Assembly (NCBI GenBank): GCA_965116925.1 | Contig: OZ220744.1 | Coordinates: 5,696,001-5,760,000 of the forward strand | DNA from: Candidatus Poribacteria bacterium | GTDB taxonomy: Bacteria; Poribacteria; WGA-4E; PCPOR2b | DNA length: 64,000 bases | Direction of reading: 5' to 3' | Shown: positions 49,543-58,304 of the stretch, in pieces | Numbering within the stretch: the first letter of the stretch is position 1 | Layout of the letters: every line of letters begins with the position of its first letter | Position numbers and translations under genes: made by a program | Notes under the pieces: model-generated | What the model saw: only the letters and a program-made list of their open reading frames with translations | What the model was told of the DNA's origin: nothing | Database searches by the model: none

Positions 49543-50826
49543 TTGAATAACGCCAAATCTTTGGCAGCATGGCAAAAATCACAACAATTTATTCCCGGCG
49601 GCGTTAATAGCCCCGTAAGAAACTTTAATAAGGTTGGTGGCAGTCCGGTCTTTATCCAGCGTGGTAAAGGTTCAAAGGTCTATGACATTGACGGTAACAA
49701 ATATATAGATTATTTGGCATCATGGGGACCGCTAATTTTAGGACATGCCCATCCGAGCATTCTTGAAGCAATTCAAGGTGCGGCGGAGAACGGCACTAGC
49801 TTCGGGGCGGCAACGGCGTTAGAAGCTGAGCTTGCTGAACTGATTGTCAACGCCTGCCAGTCGATAGAGATTGTTCGATTGGTCAACTCCGGCACAGAAG
49901 CCACGATGAGCGCGATTCGTGTTGCACGTGGGTATACCGGACGTGATAAGGTCATCAAGATGGCGGGCTGTTATCACGGGCATGTTGACTCACTCCTCGC
50001 CGAAGCGGGCTCCGGGGTTGCAACCTTCAGCGTTCCTGAATGTATGGGCATTCCGGCAGATTTCACACGACATACCCTCGTTGTGCCGTTCAATGACGTT
50101 GATGCTGTGCGAGATGCGATTGAAGCCAACCCAGATCAGATCGCTTGTTTGATTCTTGAACCGATCGCGGGCAATATGGGTGTGATCCCACCACATGACG
50201 GTTATCTCCAAGAATTGCGCGAGATTACCGCTGAACACGGTATCCTTCTTATTTTCGATGAAGTGATCACCGGATTTCGCGTGGCGTACGGCGGGGCACA
50301 GTCCCTCTACGGAGTCATTCCCGATATGACCTGCCTTGGCAAGATCATCGGCGGAGGGATGCCGGTCGGTGCGTATGGCGGGAAAAAAGAGATTATGGAA
50401 AATGTCGCGCCCCTCGGCGGCGTTTACCAAGCAGGAACCCTATCGGGCAATCCGCTTGCGGTATCCGCTGGCATCGCAATGCTGAAAGCACTTTCCGAGC
50501 CTGATGTCTATGATCAACTTGAGGCGCGCGCTGCTGCCTTTGCAGAAGGACTTCAAGCAGCCACCAAACGCCACGGAATTGACACATGGCACAGCCGAGT
50601 TGGGTCAATGTTGATGTTCTATTTCACGGGTGAAACGGTTACTGATTACGAAGGCGTACAGACCGCAGACACAGAACGCTACGCCTCTTACTTCTGGAAT
50701 TTGCTTGAGAACGGGGTTTATGTCGCCCCATCTCAGTTTGAGACCGGCTTTGTTTCACTAGCACATTCTGAAGCAGACATAGACCAGACAATTGATGCAG
50801 CCGATGAGGTGCTATCAAGACTTTAA
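49543..50826 (+). CDS. hemL: Glutamate-1-semialdehyde aminomutase
   Basis: PGGVNSPVR, NSGTEA, GKIIGGGMPVG, YQAGTLSGNP. Confidence 0.95.
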   Translation: MNNAKSLAAWQKSQQFIPGGVNSPVRNFNKVGGSPVFIQRGKGSKVYDIDGNKYIDYLASWGPLILGHAHPSILEAIQGAAENGTSFGAATALEAELAELIVNACQSIEIVRLVNSGTEATMSAIRVARGYTGRDKVIKMAGCYHGHVDSLLAEAGSGVATFSVPECMGIPADFTRHTLVVPFNDVDAVRDAIEANPDQIACLILEPIAGNMGVIPPHDGYLQELREITAEHGILLIFDEVITGFRVAYGGAQSLYGVIPDMTCLGKIIGGGMPVGAYGGKKEIMENVAPLGGVYQAGTLSGNPLAVSAGIAMLKALSEPDVYDQLEARAAAFAEGLQAATKRHGIDTWHSRVGSMLMFYFTGETVTDYEGVQTADTERYASYFWNLLENGVYVAPSQFETGFVSLAHSEADIDQTIDAADEVLSRL

Positions 50827-50926
50827 TGTATGAAAGGGAGATAACGGAGAAACAAAAAGGAGCACAACGTGAAGGCTATAAGCGAGAGAATCAACTTTCA
50901 CGTTTCACGTTTCACGTTTCATATCC

Positions 50927-51913
50927 ATGCCAACACCAAGCCTTAACGAAATTTGCCATTTTATTACAGACGATTTGCAGGCTGTCGAAAAAAAACTTAG
51001 CGAGAAAACCACGAGTCATTACGACTTTGTTGATCTTGCCGTCCAGCATGTGGTCGAAGGGGGCGGTAAGCGGCTGCGCCCAATGCTGTTGTTGCTTTCT
51101 GCGAAATCGTGCGGCTACCAAGGTGAGGATGCCCATACGCTTGCAGCAACCGTCGAACTCATCCATGTCGCCTCGCTCGTTCACGATGATGTACTTGATG
51201 AAGCTCCGATGCGTCGGGGGCGTGAAACGTTGCACTCTAAATGGGGCAATAAAGTGGCGGTGCTCGTTGGGGATTATCTCCATGCTCGCGTACTTTCAAT
51301 GCTTGTTGGCCGACGTGCCGATGACGCTGCGATGGCCCTTCTTTCCGATGCAACACATTCGATGTGTGAAGGAGAGGTTATCCACGCCTATAAAAATGGG
51401 GATTTTGACATTTCGCAGGACGACTACCTAAAGATTATCGACCTGAAAACAGGCAAACTTATCACCGCCTCGTGTGCGATGGGAGCGGTACTCGGAACAC
51501 AGGATTCACAAATTATTCAGGCATTAACAGCATACGGAGAAGCTATCGGCGCGGCATTTCAGATTATCGACGATCTCCTTGATCTTGTGGCGGATGGAGA
51601 AACGTTGGGGAAGGAGCCATTTAACGATCTACGTGATGGTAAACTGACATTTCCGATGATTTATGCCCGTAAAGTCTGCACAACCGAAGAGAGGACAGAA
51701 CTCGAACGGCTTTTTAGTTTACAGATGGATGAGACTGGAGCAATCGAATGGATCGAGGCACTGCTTGAACGCTATCAGATTCAGACACATTGCCGTGGGG
51801 TCGCTCAAGAATACGCCGACCACGCAAAATCTGCTCTGAATGTGTTACCCAAAACGCCTGCAAGAGATGCCCTAGCTCAACTTGCGGACTACGGTGTATC
51901 TAGGGATTGGTAA
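50927..51913 (+). CDS. Polyprenyl diphosphate synthase (IspB/HepT-like)
   Basis: GGKRLRP, HDDVLD...RRG, FQIIDDLLD. Confidence 0.9.
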   Translation: MPTPSLNEICHFITDDLQAVEKKLSEKTTSHYDFVDLAVQHVVEGGGKRLRPMLLLLSAKSCGYQGEDAHTLAATVELIHVASLVHDDVLDEAPMRRGRETLHSKWGNKVAVLVGDYLHARVLSMLVGRRADDAAMALLSDATHSMCEGEVIHAYKNGDFDISQDDYLKIIDLKTGKLITASCAMGAVLGTQDSQIIQALTAYGEAIGAAFQIIDDLLDLVADGETLGKEPFNDLRDGKLTFPMIYARKVCTTEERTELERLFSLQMDETGAIEWIEALLERYQIQTHCRGVAQEYADHAKSALNVLPKTPARDALAQLADYGVSRDW

Positions 51914-52002
51914 AAAAAGAATAATGCGTAATTCGTAATGCGTAAAAAAGGGCGGCCGGACAAGAAAAGCCTACAACGACCTATTGTGTTACTTTTTATA
52001 CT

Positions 52003-53175
52003 ATGTTCTATCCAGCGTATCTGAACCTCCAAAACCGTAAGTGTCTTGTTGTGGGTGCAGGGCTTGTCGCCGAACGAAAGGTGCTCTCTCTGCTGCGCAG
52101 CGGCGGGGATGTAACGCTAATCAGTCCCGAAGCGACGCAAGCCAATGTGGATTTGGCACAGAGCAATCAGATTACATGGCATAAACGTCAGTTTCGGTCT
52201 GGTGATACGGAAGGGATGTTCCTCGTCTGTGCGGCAACCGATCTGCCGGAGATCAACACACAAGTCTTTAAAGAAGCACACGAAGTATACGGAATCAATC
52301 TTGTCAATGTGGTTGATGTGATTCCTGAATGTACCTTTGCAGCGGCGTCCGTGATTACGCACGAGGACCTGACGATTAGTATCTCCACAAGCGGCAAAAG
52401 CCCAGCGTTGTCCAGACGCATCCGAGAATATCTTGAAGCGAAATTCGGAGCGGCATCTCTCTATGATGAACCGTCTGAGCCGACTTTCAACCTGCCTCTC
52501 AAGGGGGCTGGACTTCCGTATCCGGTCTATTTTCTGTTGGAGGATCGTCCCTGTGCCGTAATCAGCGATTCGGAGGAGATGAGCGGACCGCTTGCACAAA
52601 GATTAGATCTATTGCTGCGTTGCGGTGCATCTGTTGATCGAGTTGTCCCGAACTCTGATAACTTGGAACATATATCAGATGCCTTCCTTGTGTTGGTTGA
52701 CAATTTCGGGACTGGAGATTTTGCTTTAGCGAATCATAGTCAGCATCAATTAATTGAATTCATCAATGCTCCAAGATTTAGCACATTTACCACGCCGCCG
52801 TTGGTGAGAGACGGCGATTTGATTATCAGCATTTCCGCCAATCATATTCAGGAGACTAACAAAGATGTAGTCGGAAGAGATAAAATCGAATCTGTACAAA
52901 CCCAACTCGCCCATCAGTTTGAAAATAACGGTTATGGGGAGTTTATCGATTTTCTCGGGTTGCTACGCCCTACGGTGATGGAATCTATCCCAACTCAGAA
53001 GGGACGCCAGCGATACTTCGATCGCCTCATCGATCAGGTTCCTGGAAGTGAAGGGCAGAAGTGCTGCTTAGGTTTTGAAGACGCTAACTGTGCGGTCAAA
53101 TGCACTTTCAACATGATTCGCAGTGGGCAAACAGACGTTGCTGGTCAATATGCCCTCCAACGAATCTGCGAATAA
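52003..53175 (+). CDS. Precorrin-2 dehydrogenase/ferrochelatase (SirC/CysG-N) with internal duplication
   Basis: YPAYLNL, VVGAGLVAERK, ISISTSGKSP; second degenerate copy follows. Confidence 0.75.
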   Translation: MFYPAYLNLQNRKCLVVGAGLVAERKVLSLLRSGGDVTLISPEATQANVDLAQSNQITWHKRQFRSGDTEGMFLVCAATDLPEINTQVFKEAHEVYGINLVNVVDVIPECTFAAASVITHEDLTISISTSGKSPALSRRIREYLEAKFGAASLYDEPSEPTFNLPLKGAGLPYPVYFLLEDRPCAVISDSEEMSGPLAQRLDLLLRCGASVDRVVPNSDNLEHISDAFLVLVDNFGTGDFALANHSQHQLIEFINAPRFSTFTTPPLVRDGDLIISISANHIQETNKDVVGRDKIESVQTQLAHQFENNGYGEFIDFLGLLRPTVMESIPTQKGRQRYFDRLIDQVPGSEGQKCCLGFEDANCAVKCTFNMIRSGQTDVAGQYALQRICE

Positions 53176-53181
53176 GTTTAA

Positions 53182-53272
53182 GGCTCGTATAAAAAGAAAG
53201 TGCAAAGCATGGAGAGAAACCGAGTTTTGCCGAAAAAACTCGGTTTCTTTGCAGTAAACCTTAACATGAACG
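53182..53272. mobile_element. MITE family A copy
   Basis: GGCTCGTAT...CATGAACG; 8-bp direct repeat AAGTTTAA. Confidence 0.8.
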
Positions 53273-53309
53273 AAGTTTAATAAATACGCTTCTTACGTTT
53301 TATATCGCG

Positions 53310-54125
53310 ATGAATTCACTGTTTTTTCACACGCTTTTGCTGGTCTATTTGGCGGCGAGCATATTGCATATTCTTTTCCTTACAACAGGGAATCAAAAGG
53401 TCACGAAATTCGCCTACGGGCTAACGATAGGAGGATTTGTGCTGCACTCAGCCTTTATTCTCTTGCGTTGGCAGCACGCGGGACACCTGATGGCACATTG
53501 GTATGATTCAACCTCCTTCCTAGCGTGGGCGATTATCTTGATTTATCTGTGTATTGCACATCTGACTCGCCTCCGCACGATCGGGGTTTTTGTGGTTCCT
53601 GCTGCTTTTATAGCCACTTTAGTCGCTTATACACTACAAACTCAGGAAAATACTGCGATTCCTACTTATCTCAAAAATTACTGGCTTATCGCCCATTCTT
53701 CCGTTATTTTTCTGGCTTACGCCGCGTTCGTTGCCGCGTTTGGGTTTGGACTGATGTACTTGATTGAAGAGAAGAAAATTCGTGAGAAACAGCATACGCT
53801 CATCTACAATCTTCTGCCCGCGCTTGGACGATCCGATGAGCTCGGTCACAAATGTATCTTCGTTGGCGTAATTTTGATGACGATGGGCATCCTTATTGGG
53901 GTGCTTTGGACACAGTACGTTACAGAAGTCAAATGGATATGGGTTGATGCAAAAGTTATCTTCACAATCGCCACATGGCTTATCTATGTGTTACAACTCA
54001 GCATCCGTCAAATTCTCGGTTGGCGCGGACGTAAAACTGCGTATTCCGCAATCATTGGTCTTGCTGCTGTGTTATTTACCTATGCAGGCGTTAATCTTTT
54101 TTTACCGAGTATACACGCATTCTAA
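53310..54125 (+). CDS. CcsA/HemX-family membrane protein
   Basis: 8 TM, W.WVDAK (WWD-like), GWRGRK, terminal H; directly upstream of hemA. Confidence 0.8.
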   Translation: MNSLFFHTLLLVYLAASILHILFLTTGNQKVTKFAYGLTIGGFVLHSAFILLRWQHAGHLMAHWYDSTSFLAWAIILIYLCIAHLTRLRTIGVFVVPAAFIATLVAYTLQTQENTAIPTYLKNYWLIAHSSVIFLAYAAFVAAFGFGLMYLIEEKKIREKQHTLIYNLLPALGRSDELGHKCIFVGVILMTMGILIGVLWTQYVTEVKWIWVDAKVIFTIATWLIYVLQLSIRQILGWRGRKTAYSAIIGLAAVLFTYAGVNLFLPSIHAF

Positions 54126-54135
54126 CATTTAACAG

Positions 54136-55461
54136 ATGAACCAAATTGTTACTGTTGGCACAAGCCATCATATTGCACCACTCGATTTTCGGGAACGGTT
54201 GTCGTTTTCTGAAAGCCAGCTTACAGAAGCTTTCCAACTTTTAGGGGAACATCCCGATATTGATGAGACAGCGATTCTCTCGACCTGCAATCGTGTTGAA
54301 GTCTATGCCGTGACCCGCAGTAAAGATGGCTGTGCTGTGCTTTCCGATTTTCTATCAAATTATCATCGAATCAAACCGCAACAGCTGGGCAAGTTTACAT
54401 ATAGTCATCAAGATCTTGATGCCGTTCGCCATCTTTTTAATGTAACCGCAAGTCTCGATTCTATGGTTGTCGGTGAACCACAGATTCTCGGTCAGGTGAA
54501 AGAGGCGTATGCTCAATCACTCGCTGTTGGTGCGACCGGTGATATTCTGAATCGTCTATTTACCAAGGCACTGCGTGTCGGCAAGCGCGTTCGCACCGAG
54601 ACCAATATCGCCGCCGGTGCGGTATCCATCAGTTACGCAGCGGTTGAACTTGCTAAGAAGATCTTTCAAAGTTTGGAAGATAAAACGGTCGCCATCATCG
54701 GTGCCGGCGAGATGAGTGAATTAACGGCGCAACACCTTGTGAAGAACAATGTATCCAAAGTCATCGTGGCGAACCGAACCTATCAGCGTGCGGTTGACAT
54801 CGCCAAAAAATTTAATGGGATCCCCCTAGCATACGACGCTGATCTGAGTTTCCTTGTCGAAGCGGATATTGTGATCAGCTCGACCGATGCACCCCATTAT
54901 CTAATTGACCGGCATTCACTCGCAGAGATTATGAGACAGCGGAAGCACCGTTATATGTTCCTGATTGACATCGCTGTGCCTCGTGATATTGACCCCGAAG
55001 TGAGCAAAGTAGACAACGCCTTCCTGTATAATATTGATGATCTTGAAGCGGTGGTCGCCTCCAACCTCAAGGACCGGGGACAAGAGGCAGAGATTGCAGC
55101 ACAGATTGTCAAAGAGGAAGTCGCAAAATTTCAGTTACAGTTGCAAGCCTTTGAAGTCAATCCAACAATCAAAGCACTCCATCAGCAATTTCAAGGGGTT
55201 GTTTCAAAAGAGTTGGAGGTGTGCTTTGGCAAAGCAAAGCTGAGCTCCGAACAACAGCAGACAGTTGAAGCAATGACGCAAGCGATTATAAAAAAATTGT
55301 TGCATCAACCGACGACGAATTTGCGCCAAGTTGCTTTGAATTCTGATCTTATCGGCGCGGTCGATGATATTAACGACGAACATGTGCAGTATGTCCGGGC
55401 CCTGCAGGAACTGTTTGATTTGGAACAAGTAGAGGATATTAGCAAAGAAAATAAAGATTGA
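54136..55461 (+). CDS. hemA: Glutamyl-tRNA reductase
   Basis: STCNRVE, SLDSMVVGEPQILGQVK, GAGEM, DIAVPRD. Confidence 0.95.
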   Translation: MNQIVTVGTSHHIAPLDFRERLSFSESQLTEAFQLLGEHPDIDETAILSTCNRVEVYAVTRSKDGCAVLSDFLSNYHRIKPQQLGKFTYSHQDLDAVRHLFNVTASLDSMVVGEPQILGQVKEAYAQSLAVGATGDILNRLFTKALRVGKRVRTETNIAAGAVSISYAAVELAKKIFQSLEDKTVAIIGAGEMSELTAQHLVKNNVSKVIVANRTYQRAVDIAKKFNGIPLAYDADLSFLVEADIVISSTDAPHYLIDRHSLAEIMRQRKHRYMFLIDIAVPRDIDPEVSKVDNAFLYNIDDLEAVVASNLKDRGQEAEIAAQIVKEEVAKFQLQLQAFEVNPTIKALHQQFQGVVSKELEVCFGKAKLSSEQQQTVEAMTQAIIKKLLHQPTTNLRQVALNSDLIGAVDDINDEHVQYVRALQELFDLEQVEDISKENKD

Positions 55462-55498
55462 AGTCGATGTGAGACAAGGTCGGATAAAGGGATTCACA

Positions 55499-55639
55499 AT
55501 GGAAACATTTGGAATTATCGGAATGGCACTTGGAACGACTGGCTTTCTCTTTGGCATGTTAGCTTATGTTTTGACTGCTCGCCTCCAAGGACGGATAGAA
55601 CGCTTGGAATCTGAGCTTGAAAAATTGAAAGCTGAATAG
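55499..55639 (+). CDS. Small single-TM coiled-coil protein (CcmD-like), not in the ORF track
   Basis: 46 aa METFGIIGMALGTTGFLFGMLAYVLTARLQGRIERLESELEKLKAE; AAAGGGA RBS. Confidence 0.6.
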   Translation: METFGIIGMALGTTGFLFGMLAYVLTARLQGRIERLESELEKLKAE

Positions 55640-55666
55640 CGTTGCTTGAGTCTTTTTAACGGTTTT

Positions 55667-55771
55667 TATAGTAGATCTTAGAATTAATGAGACACGCCAA
55701 ACCGGTGCGGTTGAAAACCGCACCTACCGGGTCTGGGGGAAAGTGTCCATTTATTTTTTGCATTCACTATA
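55667..55771. mobile_element. MITE family B copy
   Basis: TATAGTAGATCTTAGAATTAAT...CATTCACTATA. Confidence 0.8.
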
Positions 55772-55845
55772 TATGAGTCGGTTGGGCGCAACTGAACTGT
55801 CGGGAGATTCGTTAGCATCCACCCCGCAAGCCGAGAGGCTTTGAC

Positions 55846-56787
55846 ATGAAAAGCACTATTACCATCGGTACACGCGGCAGCCAACTTGCCCTCTGGCAGG
55901 CAGAATATGTGAGGAAGCGTCTGAATGATCGCTTTCCCGACCGCTCGATTGAACTCAAGGTTATCAAGACAACGGGGGACAGAATTACAGACCGCTCTCT
56001 CGTCGGACTCGGTAAGGGGGTCTTTACAAAGGAGATCGAAATCGCGCTTTTGGACGGCACAATAGATCTCGCTGTCCACAGCATGAAAGACCTGCCAACG
56101 GATCTGCCCGATGGGCTTTGTATCGCCGCTATCCCTGTCCGTGAAGACCCTCGCGATGTGCTAGTCACGGAATCTGGACTGCTCCTCGATCAACTCCCGA
56201 AAGGAGCGAAAATTGGAACGACAAGCCCACGCCGTAAATCTCAGCTGTTACACTTACGTCCCGATTTGCAGGTTGTGGATGTTCGCGGAAATCTTGACAC
56301 GCGCCTTCGCAAGCTGCATGAGACAGAGCTTGATGGTGTTATCCTTGCCGCGGCGGGAATTAAACGGTTGATTGGTGAGGAAATTGTTACAGAATATTTT
56401 GAGGCAGATCAGATGGTCCCTGCTGCCGGGCAAGGGGCATTGGGGGTAGAAGCGCGCGCTGATGACCTTGAAATCAAGGCATTGTTAGACGCAATTAACG
56501 ATAGTTGTAGCGAAACTGAGGTGTTTGCAGAGCGGGTTGTGTTGGGTGAATTGGGTGGTGGGTGTCAAGTTCCGATTGGTGTGAACGCACTGTTGGAGGA
56601 CGATAGGCTTCATCTGATTGCTACGGTTTGCAGCCCTGACGGAAAACATCGCCTTCTTGAGAGGCTATCGAGTAATTCAGCGTGTGCCCAAGAGTTGGGG
56701 GTCAACCTTGCAACGAAGTTGATTCAGAATGGAGCGCACAAACTTGAGAGTCAGTTACCCCGCCCTGAAGTGACGGTGCTTGTTTGA
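55846..56787 (+). CDS. hemC: Hydroxymethylbilane synthase (C-terminus supplied by the IS)
   Basis: IGTRGSQLA, AVHSMKD, RGNLDTR, GGGCQVPIG. Confidence 0.95.
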   Translation: MKSTITIGTRGSQLALWQAEYVRKRLNDRFPDRSIELKVIKTTGDRITDRSLVGLGKGVFTKEIEIALLDGTIDLAVHSMKDLPTDLPDGLCIAAIPVREDPRDVLVTESGLLLDQLPKGAKIGTTSPRRKSQLLHLRPDLQVVDVRGNLDTRLRKLHETELDGVILAAAGIKRLIGEEIVTEYFEADQMVPAAGQGALGVEARADDLEIKALLDAINDSCSETEVFAERVVLGELGGGCQVPIGVNALLEDDRLHLIATVCSPDGKHRLLERLSSNSACAQELGVNLATKLIQNGAHKLESQLPRPEVTVLV

Positions 56788-57977
56788 AGCATCCGTCCAA
56801 CGGGTCTTACAAAGTTTCGCGCTTCTGTCCCCTGACGGGGGATTTCGGGGTCGTTTGCAACCGACGCACCTCCACGCAAGGCTACAGCAGCCTTTTTGAT
56901 ATTTATCGCGGCGTTATGGTCTCTATTGAGGACCAACCCACAATGGGGGCAATCATGGAGACGATCCGACAACTGTTTAGGCACAATCTCACGACAACCG
57001 GAGCATTGCTGACTGGTATGGTGAGGTTTCACTTTGGTGAACTGCTTGCCGGCACTTGCAGCCTTGCTTTGCAGTTTCAATCGAAAGCTACCCCATCCCG
57101 CGTCAGATATACTCTTGGCGAGGTAGTGATTCTTCAACATATTGGTAATGGTCAAGTTCTCTACAGCGACCTCATCACATCGTTCAAGGATACGATGGGC
57201 TGCCTTAAACTGGAAATCCTTGCGCTGATTCGCTATCCGTTCATGGCAACGGGCGACAATCTCACGTTGTTTTGCCCGGCGGCGGCTCCCCTTTTTGCGG
57301 CGAGACAATACGCGTTGATGTTTGCCAAGGCGTTTTTCAGACTGACGATAATGGCGGGGGTTGGGGATATGTTCGCCATCCGAATCTACGGCAAACGAGT
57401 TAAGTCCCACATCTACGCCGATCGTTGTGTGGACAGGGACTTCTATAGGATCTGGCCCTTCGACGCAGATAGTTACATACCAACCGCTGGCTCGCTTGAT
57501 GACCGTCAGATTCTTGATGTTGCCATCGGCTAAGGGGCGGTGATAACGGATCTTGAGGTGTCCTATTTTCGGAACAACGACTTTGGCAAACTTACGATGT
57601 ACACTCCGGACCAGCTGCTTGGACAGGTGGCTAAAGGTCATTGACCGGTATCGCCCTTCGCCTTTGAAGCGTGGGAAGCCCGGTGCCTCTCCGTTCTTGG
57701 CACGGCGGAAGAATGCTTTGTACGCTTTATCCAAACGGCGCATCGCATCTTGGAGAACATCCGCGTGAAGTCCTGCATAAGCCTTGGAGGCTGTTTTCAA
57801 GTCAGGTAAGGCGTTGGCTTGGGTCGTCCATTTGACAGAATCATTATTTTTCTTATAAGCGTCTATCCGCCACGCTAACGCTTGATTGTAGAGATTTCGC
57901 AACAAGGCAAGCCAAAGCAAAAAAGTATGTCGCTGTTTCGTCGTAGGATAGGCGCGATATTCATAAGTCTTTTTCAT
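56751..57977 (-). CDS. tnpB: RNA-guided endonuclease TnpB
   Basis: MKKTYEYRAYP, IGVDVG (D), AVENL (E), CSGC/CPHC zinc finger, NRDHNAA (D). Confidence 0.92.
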   Translation of the reverse strand: MKKTYEYRAYPTTKQRHTFLLWLALLRNLYNQALAWRIDAYKKNNDSVKWTTQANALPDLKTASKAYAGLHADVLQDAMRRLDKAYKAFFRRAKNGEAPGFPRFKGEGRYRSMTFSHLSKQLVRSVHRKFAKVVVPKIGHLKIRYHRPLADGNIKNLTVIKRASGWYVTICVEGPDPIEVPVHTTIGVDVGLNSFAVDSDGEHIPNPRHYRQSEKRLGKHQRVLSRRKKGSRRRAKQREIVARCHERIANQRKDFQFKAAHRILERCDEVAVENLTITNMLKNHYLAKSISDAGWGSFRLKLQSKAASAGKQFTKVKPHHTSQQCSGCREIVPKQLSDRLHDCPHCGLVLNRDHNAAINIKKAAVALRGGASVANDPEIPRQGTEARNFVRPVGRMLQTSTVTSGRGN

Positions 57978-57985
57978 ATGAGTTA

Positions 57986-58068
57986 GCTTTCTGGCTTTCA
58001 TTCCTTTTCTACGAGGTGTAGGGGACATCCCGAAGGGTTCGGGATGGTAGAAATCCCCTACGAAAGCC
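57986..58068 (-). ncRNA. Putative pseudoknotted tnpB 5' leader RNA (copy B)
   Basis: GGCTTTC/GAAAGCC, GTAGGGGA/TCCCCTAC, TTTCTAC/GTAGAAA, CATCCCGAA/TTCGGGATG. Confidence 0.7.
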
Positions 58069-58074
58069 ATAAGA

Positions 58075-58103
58075 ACTGTACCATATTTCACACAACTTTT
58101 CAA
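58075..58103 (-). promoter_or_regulatory. Putative sigma70 promoter of tnpB
   Basis: TTGAAA-17 nt-TACAGT with extended TG; same geometry as the 47427 promoter. Confidence 0.65.
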
Positions 58104-58304
58104 CGAAAAAGGAGCGCAGTTTCCTCCCCGCTCTAAAGAATGGGGGCTCCACTGCGAAGAGTTGATGAAATGTGAAACGTGATGGAAAGAGATGAAAGAG
58201 GGAAACTGAAAATAGGATAATGGGACTTGGGCTTCTCGTTTTCTCACTTTCTGCTTTTTCGCTCTTCGTGCATTACGTTTCACGCACTACGTAAAGCGTG
58301 AATC

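Larger units (their letters stand above)
56750..58164 (-). mobile_element. IS200/IS605-family (IS1341-type, tnpB-only) element
   Basis: Left-end hairpin at about 58116-58155; right-end hairpin ending ...GGGCGGGGTAACTGAC; no tnpA. Confidence 0.8.

Noticed and set aside
50826..51431. 201-aa ORF overlapping the prenyltransferase
   Set aside because: Alternative frame starting in TTTCACG repeats; the overlapping frame has the conserved motifs
56784..57533. 249-aa plus-strand ORF after hemC
   Set aside because: Antisense shadow of tnpB with no recognisable motifs
57978..58283. 102-aa N-terminal extension of TnpB in the ORF track (510 aa)
   Set aside because: It runs through the leader RNA, promoter, IS left end and flanking repeats; TnpB homology starts at MKKTYEY
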